Assembly: GCA_019057635.1 (NCBI GenBank)
Contig: DXJL01000212.1
Span: 1-11,844 of the forward strand
Direction of reading: 5' to 3'
DNA: 11,844 nt
Source: Candidatus Heimdallarchaeota archaeon
Lineage (GTDB): Archaea; Asgardarchaeota; Heimdallarchaeia; Hodarchaeales; Hodarchaeaceae
Positions within the stretch are counted from its first letter, which is position 1. Every line of letters begins with the position of its first letter. Position numbers and translations under genes: made by a program. Positions 1-7,359 of the stretch are shown piece by piece. Below the pieces are notes generated by a model, which was not told where the DNA came from, did not search any database, and saw only the letters and a program-made list of their open reading frames with translations.

Positions 1-29
1 CTATTTAAAGCTAACATTGAGTCAAATCG

Positions 30-1157
30 CTAAGATTTCTTTATTTCTTTCTTGAGAATGTAAATAGAGTCCTGCTTTAGCATTCTCGTATTTCGTTTAT
101 GGTGGGTCGATCGGCTTGAGGCTGCTCGATTATTACTCAAGGGTATCGCGATAACTTCAAGTAAGTTGAAATGTACCTTCTTAATTGTTGCAATTAATTT
201 TCTCTGATCTTCTTTCTTCTTAAACCCAGTCCATAAGCACAAACATCGATTTGGTTTAAGAATTCGATAACTTCCATTTAAACTCCTTTCTAAATTGGAC
301 CAGTAGAAGTTTCCTCCTTGACCTGTCCAACATAACTCTTTTTTAGGGAGTGGTTGGGTTCCAAGCAACTTATTTATGAAATCGGATCTTTTTGTTTTTC
401 TTAAACTTCTTCTTTGTATCTGGATCTGTTGGTATTCAACATCTACTTCCAAATATGGGGGAGAAGTCAAAATAAAGTCGATACTATGCTCGGGGACACC
501 CATATCGTGGTTAGAACCTAAATGAAATATTGGGGGGAACTGAACTGAATGTGGTAGTGAGGAAACTGCATCAATCATCTTATTACACTTACGGGTGAAC
601 ATAGAAATCATGGATAGATGTTGCCAATTCTCTCGTTCTTCAAAGTCCCTTCTCCCAATAAGTTTAGTAACATGAATTAATGCTACACTGAAAAAATCTT
701 GCAATTTTAGACTGAAATCTGATGTTTTGATAATGAAAGCCAGTTTATTTATCTCAGTAGATATTAATTCACCTAGACATTCTTTATCAGTCGAATCAAG
801 ATAATGGTGTAATGGTTCATTCATAGATTCGATAGTTCGGAGAATAATATTTAGACCTTGGTGTAGTTCCTCCCTTGAGATATAGGTCGTTTTAACCTTA
901 GAAACAAGAATCGCGAAGGGATTAATGTCATAACCAATAAATTGTCTGTTAAGGAGCATGGCTTCTAATCCAGTTGTCCCCCCTCCAACAAAAGGATCAC
1001 ATATTTGATTGCCTTCCTGAGTGAAGATTTTTATGAGCTCCCGTGGTAGGTGGGAAAGAAATTTTGCTGGATAGCTGTAAATAGATCGAGTATATCCTGA
1101 TTCACGTGAGGGAGACGCGAACTTTCGAATATGACTTAGTTGATCCTCAGTCAGCAT
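30..1157 (-). CDS. Site-specific DNA methyltransferase, alpha class, probably N4-cytosine; no cognate endonuclease in window
   Basis: 375 aa. N-terminal YSYPAKF, motif I DPFVGGGTT, motif II GYDINPFA, a long variable region, catalytic motif IV TSPPY, then RILKPNR. Motif I, then the variable region, then motif IV is the alpha order, and SPPY is typical of m4C enzymes. The start lies 5 nt after the cydB stop. Confidence 0.85.
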   Translation of the reverse strand: MLTEDQLSHIRKFASPSRESGYTRSIYSYPAKFLSHLPRELIKIFTQEGNQICDPFVGGGTTGLEAMLLNRQFIGYDINPFAILVSKVKTTYISREELHQGLNIILRTIESMNEPLHHYLDSTDKECLGELISTEINKLAFIIKTSDFSLKLQDFFSVALIHVTKLIGRRDFEERENWQHLSMISMFTRKCNKMIDAVSSLPHSVQFPPIFHLGSNHDMGVPEHSIDFILTSPPYLEVDVEYQQIQIQRRSLRKTKRSDFINKLLGTQPLPKKELCWTGQGGNFYWSNLERSLNGSYRILKPNRCLCLWTGFKKKEDQRKLIATIKKVHFNLLEVIAIPLSNNRAASSRSTHHKRNTRMLKQDSIYILKKEIKKS

Positions 1158-1162
1158 TCCAA

Positions 1163-2206
1163 TTAGTATCCCGTAATATCCTCATCCTTTAATTTCGTTC
1201 CCATCATCTTATAGACCCACGCTGTATATACTAATATGAGAGGAAGAGCGATAAGAGCTATTATGAGCATCACCAACAAACCTGTATCTGTAGCTGAGGC
1301 ATTGTGAACTGTGAGGCTATATGCTTCATCAAGTGATGAAAATACTAAATTTGGATAAATAGCTGCTCCAGCACCTAGGATAGAGAAGGCTATCGAAAGA
1401 GAGGAAAGGATAAATGTCAATTTAGCGTTTTTTTCGTTCCAAATATAGTATGAAGTAAATAAAATACAGACAAAACCAATTAAGGGAATTATTAGAAGAA
1501 TTGGCAGATTTAGAAAATTATCAATGATGTGGGGATGAAAGATCAAACTAATGAAGAGTGAGCTGGAAGATATTGCTAGGAAACTAACAATACCCATCTT
1601 AGCCCATTGAGTTGCTTTTACAGTTAGTTTATCTGTTGCACGTACACGTAGGTACACAGCTCCATGCGTTATGATCATAGATAACGCTAATAGACCTATA
1701 AGAATTGCATATGGGTTAAAAAACTCAATAAATGATCCAGTAAATCTTTTGTCGGCATTGATTGCGATCCCTTGTACCAAATTACCAATTAGAACTCCAA
1801 AAGCAATTGCTGGACCCAAACTGCCGAATATGAAAGCAATATCTGATATTTTATGCCATATAGGATTGGGGAATTCTTCACGGAATTCAATAGATACCGC
1901 ACGGATGATTAAGCAAAATGCAACCAAGAGCAAAGGAACATAAAATGCACTAAATACAGTTGCATATACGTCTGAAAAAGCGGCAAAAAGGATCCCTCCA
2001 GCTGCGAGAAGCCAAACTTCATTACCATCCCAAAAAGGAGCAATTGATTGAATTATTTCCTTTCTTTCATTCAGAGTAGTCTCTTGGTGTTTATCTTTGG
2101 CAAAAATAAACCAAAATCCCACACCAAGATCGAAACCATCCAAAATAACATAAATAATTACGATTACAACCAAGAGTAAAAACCAAATTTCTTGTAGTGC
2201 ACTCAT
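1163..2206 (-). CDS. cydB: Cytochrome bd quinol oxidase subunit II
   Basis: 347 aa polytopic membrane protein with CydB signatures LDGFDLGVG and PFWDGNEVWL. Its ATG overlaps the cydA stop (ATGA, 2203-2206), with GAGGTGA 4 nt upstream. Confidence 0.97.
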   Translation of the reverse strand: MSALQEIWFLLLVVIVIIYVILDGFDLGVGFWFIFAKDKHQETTLNERKEIIQSIAPFWDGNEVWLLAAGGILFAAFSDVYATVFSAFYVPLLLVAFCLIIRAVSIEFREEFPNPIWHKISDIAFIFGSLGPAIAFGVLIGNLVQGIAINADKRFTGSFIEFFNPYAILIGLLALSMIITHGAVYLRVRATDKLTVKATQWAKMGIVSFLAISSSSLFISLIFHPHIIDNFLNLPILLIIPLIGFVCILFTSYYIWNEKNAKLTFILSSLSIAFSILGAGAAIYPNLVFSSLDEAYSLTVHNASATDTGLLVMLIIALIALPLILVYTAWVYKMMGTKLKDEDITGY

Positions 2207-3585
2207 GTTATCACCTCATCCGTTTCGTATAGTGAAGGCCCTTTAATAAAAATTCGCCTCATTACCAGTATCCAAGCAATAAAGAGAACAATATAGGTAA
2301 CTATGTAGGTAATTAAAGATAATATTATTTCCTCTGATGGCGCTGCAGATGCAGCATCAGCTGTTCGGAGAATACCCTGAATGATCCAAGGTTGACGACC
2401 ACTTTCAGTTGTAATCCATCCAAAATCAATCGAAATGAGAGGTAATGGTAATGCTAACACACCTAATCGTAAGAACCACTTGCGTAATTTTGAGGATGGA
2501 TCAGACAGACTCTTTTTCCAGAGAAGAAAGACCCCTAGCAAAGCTACTCCAACGAGAAACATCCCGATGATAACCATTAGATGGAATGAATAGAAGGTGA
2601 GAAGGACAGAGGGACGATCCTCTAGGGCAAAAGCATCAAGACCAGTAACAATAGCATTTGGATCTCCCCAAGTCAGTAAACTGAGGAGAAAAGGGATACC
2701 AATCTCAAATAACACCTTGGAATCATCAAGGATTGCAAAAACGACCAATGGTGCACCAGCTGTTGTTTCAAAAAGGCCCTCTTGGGCTGCAAATTTAGCT
2801 GGTTGATAAGTAGCAACAATAGTAGATTGCCAGTGCCCAAAAAATCCTTGTATTATAGACAAAATTATTCCTACGATCAATGCCACCTTGATGGAATCGT
2901 ATGCAAATTTATGATGTCTGTCTTTCAAAAGATATAAACAACTTATTCCGATTATGAAAAAAGCTCCAGCTATAAGGCATGCATTGACTGTGTGGAAAAA
3001 TCTGGCAACCATAGAAGGAGAAAATAAGACATCCCAAAAATTGGTTAGGACAGCTTTTCCTCCTACGATATCCCAACCAGATCCAGGCTCTCCAGGAACT
3101 CCAGGTGTTTGCATCCAAGAATTCGCTGCTAAGATCCAAAAGGAAGAAAGAGTTGTTCCAAGAGTTATCATGACTGAGGAAAACCATAAAACTCTATCAG
3201 AAATTCGCTTTGTACGCATTCCTGACAAAATCACACCTAAAAACACCGATTCAAGGAAAAAAGCAAAAAACACTTCCAATAGTAAAAAAGTGGCAAAAAC
3301 CTCACCAACAAACCGAGAGAACTCTGACCAGTTCATACCGAACTGGAATTCCATGAGAACACCTGTTGGGATACCAATGGCGACAGTGGTTGCGAAAAGT
3401 TTAATCCAAAACCATGCACTATCTTTATAATACTGATCTTTCGATCGGATGTAACGAGTTAATAAATAAGTAATATACCAACTTAATCCGATTGATAGGG
3501 GAGGAAATATAAAATGAAATCCAATAGTTATGTAAAATTGGATTTGTGCTAAACTTGTAGGATTGATCATATCAATACAACTCAT
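2203..3585 (-). CDS. cydA: Cytochrome bd quinol oxidase subunit I, short Q-loop type (true start may be the ATG at 3570)
   Basis: Motifs: FHFIF (His19 equivalent), EFQFGMNWS, EVFFAFFLES (Glu99/Glu107 equivalents), RFFH (His186 equivalent), Q-loop QPAKFAAQEG, FHLM (Met393 equivalent) and TESGRQPW (Glu445/GRQPW). Met6 (MINPTSLAQIQF) matches the usual CydA N-terminus. Confidence 0.97.
   Translation of the reverse strand: MSCIDMINPTSLAQIQFYITIGFHFIFPPLSIGLSWYITYLLTRYIRSKDQYYKDSAWFWIKLFATTVAIGIPTGVLMEFQFGMNWSEFSRFVGEVFATFLLLEVFFAFFLESVFLGVILSGMRTKRISDRVLWFSSVMITLGTTLSSFWILAANSWMQTPGVPGEPGSGWDIVGGKAVLTNFWDVLFSPSMVARFFHTVNACLIAGAFFIIGISCLYLLKDRHHKFAYDSIKVALIVGIILSIIQGFFGHWQSTIVATYQPAKFAAQEGLFETTAGAPLVVFAILDDSKVLFEIGIPFLLSLLTWGDPNAIVTGLDAFALEDRPSVLLTFYSFHLMVIIGMFLVGVALLGVFLLWKKSLSDPSSKLRKWFLRLGVLALPLPLISIDFGWITTESGRQPWIIQGILRTADAASAAPSEEIILSLITYIVTYIVLFIAWILVMRRIFIKGPSLYETDEVIT
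2211..2217 (-). promoter_or_regulatory. Shine-Dalgarno sequence GAGGTGA for cydB
   Basis: Minus strand reads GAGGTGA-TAAC-ATG, complementary to the 16S rRNA 3' end. GGTGA-type sites close to the start are common in archaea. Confidence 0.7.
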
Positions 3586-3753
3586 CTTTCTTTAAATTGA
3601 CAAGAAGAAATTATGGAAATTGTATTATGGACGGTATTCAAAACCTTTATGCACTATAAAATAACTAAAAGCACACTTTTATCGATAGAATATCATTTTC
3701 AGAGCTTTATCTTTTTGATTAAACCCTCGTAGTAGCAATTGAGGAAGAAATTA

Positions 3754-4692
3754 ATGCGATTTACAAATTTAGGTACAAGTGAAACCAAAATTTCACAAAT
3801 AGGATTGGGCACATGGCAATTTGGGACAAAAGGTTGGGGATATGGAAAAGATTTTGGTAAACAAGACGCAATAAATATTGTACATAGAGCCTTGGAGCTT
3901 GGTGTCAACCTTATTGATACAGCAGAGGTGTATGGAGGAGGTAAGTCGGAAATAATTCTTAGTCAAGCATTAGAAGGATATAACAGAGAGGATTTCGTTC
4001 TTGCGTCAAAATTTTTGCCTACAGCAATTCGTCCATCGGCAGTAAATCGGGCTTTAGCCAAAAGTCTTAAGCGATTAAAAACAGATTACCTAGATGTATA
4101 TTTAATACACTGGCCAAACCCTCTACTTCCATTAGGAGCTACATTACGACACATGGAGAAAATGGTTGATGAAGGACTGATCCGTCATATTGGGATTAGT
4201 AATTTTGGTTTAAAACGATTTCAAAAAGCCCAATCCAAAATGCAAAAGCATCCTCTCGATGTTGATCAACTCAATTATTCGATGGCCAAATCTAAAGTCA
4301 AAGATTTGTTTTTACCTTATGCAGAGGAAAATAATGTTACGATTATGGCGTATTCTCCACTAGGCCAAGGCTTTCTGACAGGTAAATATAATGCAAAAAA
4401 TGCGCCAAAAGGTACCAGACGTATGAATCGCTTGTACACCAAAAGCAATTTCAAAAGAGCTGCCCCCATGCTTGAGGAATTAAATACTGTTGCTCAACAA
4501 CACGATGTATCGATGGCACAAGTTGCGTTAAGCTGGTTAATTAAAGATAAATCAGTCGTTGCTATTCCAGGTGCAAAAAATATCGCACAGTTAGAGGCAA
4601 ACGTTCAAGCAGCGGAATTAAATTTAACAAATAGTGAAATAGATCAACTAAGTAGGCAAGCATCTAATTTTAAGCCCAAAATGTTTTTTTAA
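3754..4692 (+). CDS. Aldo/keto reductase (NAD(P)H-dependent oxidoreductase)
   Basis: Motifs IGLGTWQFG, IDTAEVYG (Asp/Tyr), LASKF (Lys), YLIHWP (His), IGISNF, AYSPLGQGFLTGKY and AIPGAK. The ORF track starts at TTG 3739; I prefer ATG 3754 because GAGGA (3741-3745) lies upstream and MRFTNLG is a typical AKR N-terminus. Confidence 0.95.
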   Translation: MRFTNLGTSETKISQIGLGTWQFGTKGWGYGKDFGKQDAINIVHRALELGVNLIDTAEVYGGGKSEIILSQALEGYNREDFVLASKFLPTAIRPSAVNRALAKSLKRLKTDYLDVYLIHWPNPLLPLGATLRHMEKMVDEGLIRHIGISNFGLKRFQKAQSKMQKHPLDVDQLNYSMAKSKVKDLFLPYAEENNVTIMAYSPLGQGFLTGKYNAKNAPKGTRRMNRLYTKSNFKRAAPMLEELNTVAQQHDVSMAQVALSWLIKDKSVVAIPGAKNIAQLEANVQAAELNLTNSEIDQLSRQASNFKPKMFF

Positions 4693-4738
4693 CCAGAGTA
4701 ACTGGCTTATTTTTGGATTAATAATTACTTTGCCCCCC

Positions 4739-4802
4739 TACATGAATATTTTAAGGAATTTATACCATTTTTCTTTTTTTCCATTTTTGAAAAATTCATG
4801 TA
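4739..4802. repeat. Imperfect 16-bp inverted repeat (14/16) flanking a 32-nt spacer
   Basis: TACATGAATATTTTAA (4739-4754) versus the reverse complement of 4787-4802, TACATGAATTTTTCAA. The spacer includes the T-rich tract starting at 4768. Confidence 0.6.
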
Positions 4803-4830
4803 CATCTGTGAATAGAGCAAGTTTTAAAAA

Positions 4831-4843
4831 GAAATAGTTTAAG
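4831..4843 (+). promoter_or_regulatory. Putative archaeal BRE/TATA promoter of the BtrH-PadR-GyrI operon
   Basis: GAAATAGTTTAAG is a purine-rich BRE-like segment followed by TTTAAG, about 55 nt upstream of ATG 4899. A near-identical element, GAAATAGCTTATTA, precedes corA. Confidence 0.5.
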
Positions 4844-4865
4844 GATGAAATAACTGATTTAGGAT

Positions 4866-4884
4866 TTTTTCAAGAATTGAAAAA
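4866..4884. promoter_or_regulatory. Perfect 8-3-8 inverted repeat, putative repressor operator
   Basis: TTTTTCAA-GAA-TTGAAAAA starts about 22 nt downstream of the TATA-like box, at the expected transcription start, upstream of an operon encoding a PadR regulator. Confidence 0.55.
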
Positions 4885-4898
4885 TTTGGATTTCATTA

Positions 4899-6002
4899 AT
4901 GGTGAAGAATGTGAGTGATTATCAAGGTAAAAGTAACTTTGAATATGTTATAGATGGGTTTAGGCATGAACCTGGGGTTCATTGTACTTCATCTGCATTG
5001 CGAGACGTATTTGAATTCCATGGGGAGAAAATGAGTGAAGCAATGATTTTTGGTCTTGGGGGTGGAATGACTCTTGCCTATTTGAAGATTCCAAAAATGG
5101 AACCATTCTTCGGTGGAAGAAACAAGGATTTTGTGAAAGATCTCTGTAGAACGTTATCAATCTCGCTTAATGAATATAAATCCAAAAATGAACATGAAGG
5201 TTGGCAAAGATTAAAACAACACTTAGATGCGAGTACGCCTTCTGTTATCAACATTGATATGGGTTATCTCAACTATCAAAAGAAAGATCTTCCAGATGAC
5301 TTCCACTTTGGAGGACATACCATTACAGTTTGTGGATATGATTCACAAAGTCAAACTGTCTTTGTAAGCGACACACATTTCTCTGAAATTCTTGAAGTTT
5401 CCTATGACGAACTTTCAAACGGTAGAAATTCTACAATTGATAAGTTTATGGCCCCTAGTAATTTGATTTACGAACTAGAATTTCCTAGTAAAATACCTGA
5501 ATTAACCACAGTAGTTCAAGATGTATTGCATCGTACTGGGAAATATCTCACCTCAAGAAGTGGCCGTATGCTCAGATTAATAGGTATCCATAGTGGAACA
5601 ACGGCAATAGAGGTTTTAATTAAAGATCTCGATCGATGGCTTAAACTGTCGAATGATAAACTAAAATTCAGGTGTCTACAACAAGCTGGTTATATAGGTA
5701 CCAAAGAATATAATTATGGTACCGGTGGGGGATTGTTTCGATATTTATTTGCAGAATTTCTTAAAGAAACTGCCCAGAAATTGAATGATGAGTCTCTTCA
5801 GCATTTCGCAACATTTTATGAAAAATTAGGAGCGAAGTGGGAGGAATGCGCACAGCTTTTTGCCCACTTGAGTGAGAAATTTGAGAAGAATGATCAAGAA
5901 ACTATTGCAATTAAATTAAAAGAGTCCTTAGCTGAAATTCAGATTCTCGAAAAAGAAGGAGCCCACCTCCTCCTTAACTATACATATGATGGGATGGATT
6001 GA
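4899..6002 (+). CDS. BtrH_N / DUF4872 family papain-like (NlpC/P60-like) peptidase or acyltransferase
   Basis: 367 aa. N-terminal FRHEPGVHCTSSALRD...SEAMIFGLGGG, HFGGHTITVCGYD and VFVSD give a putative Cys-His-Asp triad. C-terminal GTGGGLFRYLFAEFL is typical of DUF4872. Confidence 0.85.
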   Translation: MVKNVSDYQGKSNFEYVIDGFRHEPGVHCTSSALRDVFEFHGEKMSEAMIFGLGGGMTLAYLKIPKMEPFFGGRNKDFVKDLCRTLSISLNEYKSKNEHEGWQRLKQHLDASTPSVINIDMGYLNYQKKDLPDDFHFGGHTITVCGYDSQSQTVFVSDTHFSEILEVSYDELSNGRNSTIDKFMAPSNLIYELEFPSKIPELTTVVQDVLHRTGKYLTSRSGRMLRLIGIHSGTTAIEVLIKDLDRWLKLSNDKLKFRCLQQAGYIGTKEYNYGTGGGLFRYLFAEFLKETAQKLNDESLQHFATFYEKLGAKWEECAQLFAHLSEKFEKNDQETIAIKLKESLAEIQILEKEGAHLLLNYTYDGMD

Positions 6003-6594
6003 AACGATATCCGATAAACAATTTCTCGTTTTGGGTATGATTGCTCATCCCCCATTCGATATCACAGGCGTAAGCGGTACTATGCTAAATGAATTGATTG
6101 AAGAACGAAATGTTAAGCAATGGTCTAGACTTTCATTCTCATCTATCTACTATATAATCACTCAGCTAGAAAAAATGAAATTGATAAAGGCCAAAGAAAC
6201 AATCTCTAATACGAAAGCTCAAAGTGAAGTGGGAGCGCCACAGAAATTATTCATAGTAACTTCAACAGGTCAGAGAATCCTAAAAAGCACTGTCATTCAT
6301 TATTTCCACAAAATGGACTTAAATTACCAGGAGATGAATCTTGCTTTAGCCGCTGCTTTCGTTTTTGACGATGAAGAATTCTTAGATACCATTAAAAATT
6401 ACAAAAAACGAATCGATGAACGGATTGAGGTTGTTCGTGGCCGATTCAAAGAAGACAGTAAGTATGAACAGGAGGGAGATTTACCAATTCATGTTTGGGC
6501 GTTATTCAATTATTCTTTTAACTCATTAAGTGCAAAAAATATTTTTTTGAAAGAACTAATCGATAAAATAGAGGAGAAACTAAATTCAAACTGA
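5986..6594 (+). CDS. PadR-family winged-helix transcriptional regulator
   Basis: FLVLGMI, W-x-x-LSFSSIYYIITQLEKMKLI recognition helix, wing GAPQKLFIVTSTGQRIL and a helical C-terminal domain. Overlaps the upstream gene by up to 17 nt; the exact start is uncertain (5986 or 5989). Confidence 0.85.
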   Translation: MMGWIETISDKQFLVLGMIAHPPFDITGVSGTMLNELIEERNVKQWSRLSFSSIYYIITQLEKMKLIKAKETISNTKAQSEVGAPQKLFIVTSTGQRILKSTVIHYFHKMDLNYQEMNLALAAAFVFDDEEFLDTIKNYKKRIDERIEVVRGRFKEDSKYEQEGDLPIHVWALFNYSFNSLSAKNIFLKELIDKIEEKLNSN

Positions 6595-6614
6595 AATAGA
6601 TGTAGGGATATAGA

Positions 6615-7241
6615 ATGCCAGGTAAAAAAGCTGATTTAAAAAAAGAATTTCCTAACTTGTACAACCCTCCGAGGGATCCTCATATACTTGAAATTCCTGA
6701 TATGCGGTTCTTCATGGTAGATGGAACAGGTTACCCAGTAGATAATCCTTTGTACCAGGAAGCTATGCAATTGCTTTATGGTGCATCATTTACTCTGAAA
6801 ATGAGTGTTATGAAGCCAACTGGAAAAGATTATGTTGTCCCCCCTCTCGAAGGCCTCTGGTGGGCGGATGATATGACGGTGTTTACAGATTTATACATGG
6901 AAAGGAAGGATGAATGGAAATGGACCTCAATGATTCGAATCCCTGACTTTGTAAAGGAAGAACAGATCAAGGAGGCTCTTGTGCTATTCAAAGAGAAAAA
7001 AAATCCATCTAATTTCAACAAACTTCGTTACGAAACGTATGCCGAAGGTACTGTAGTTCAGGTTCTTCATCTCGGTCCTTTCAGTGAGGAAGGACCAGTG
7101 ATTGCGAACATGCACAAATATGCTGAAGAAATGGGTTATCTTCTACATAATAAGCATCATGAGATTTATCTTAGCGACCCACGGCGTACCAAACCTGAAA
7201 AATTGCGTACTGTTATCCGACAACCAATTAAGAAGAATTGA
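6615..7241 (+). CDS. Stand-alone GyrI-like small-molecule-binding protein (Lin2189/cyclopropyl hydrolase-like)
   Basis: 208 aa. DLKKE...LY, FFMVDGTG, VVPPLEGLWW, WKWTSMIRIPDFV, HLGPFSEE and HHEIYLSDPRRTKPEKLRTVIRQP are hallmarks of this GyrI-like subfamily. Confidence 0.9.
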   Translation: MPGKKADLKKEFPNLYNPPRDPHILEIPDMRFFMVDGTGYPVDNPLYQEAMQLLYGASFTLKMSVMKPTGKDYVVPPLEGLWWADDMTVFTDLYMERKDEWKWTSMIRIPDFVKEEQIKEALVLFKEKKNPSNFNKLRYETYAEGTVVQVLHLGPFSEEGPVIANMHKYAEEMGYLLHNKHHEIYLSDPRRTKPEKLRTVIRQPIKKN

Positions 7242-7309
7242 TTAAGTGAGGTGAAAGGCCTTAATAGAAAAATATTAAATGGTTGGTTCATTTATTTTTA
7301 TAGCAAGAC

Positions 7310-7323
7310 GAAATAGCTTATTA
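7310..7323 (+). promoter_or_regulatory. Putative archaeal BRE/TATA promoter for corA and the downstream methyltransferase
   Basis: GAAATAGCTTATTA lies about 36 nt upstream of the probable TTG start at 7360, with GGAGGT at 7347-7352. Confidence 0.5.
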
Positions 7324-7359
7324 GCCATAAAAGATGGCTTAATCTTGGAGGTTTTTGCA

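Noticed and set aside
1158-1162. Possible cydX/cydS small subunit gene after cydB
   Set aside because: Only 5 nt separate cydB from the methyltransferase, so there is no room.
1671-3430. ORFs 1671-1943 (+), 2597-2806 (+), 2954-3430 (+) and 2909-3187 (-)
   Set aside because: They lie wholly within cydB or cydA, antisense or out of frame, with no recognisable motifs. They are shadow ORFs.
3597-3628. Perfect TTGACA (-35-like) followed by TATTAT (-10-like)
   Set aside because: The spacer is 20 nt rather than about 17, which is too long for a sigma70 promoter. Probably chance.
4693-4714. CCAG/CTGG mini-hairpin with T tract after the aldo/keto reductase stop
   Set aside because: A 4-bp stem is too weak to call, and termination could equally occur in the T-rich tract at 4768-4788.
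7248-7254. GAGGTGA ribosome-binding-like site just after the GyrI-like gene
   Set aside because: No start codon or ORF follows at a suitable distance. It could be chance or a remnant, and cannot be supported.
7279-7359. 27-aa N-terminal extension of CorA in the ORF track
   Set aside because: The region contains the putative promoter and GGAGGT, so TTG 7360 is the better start.
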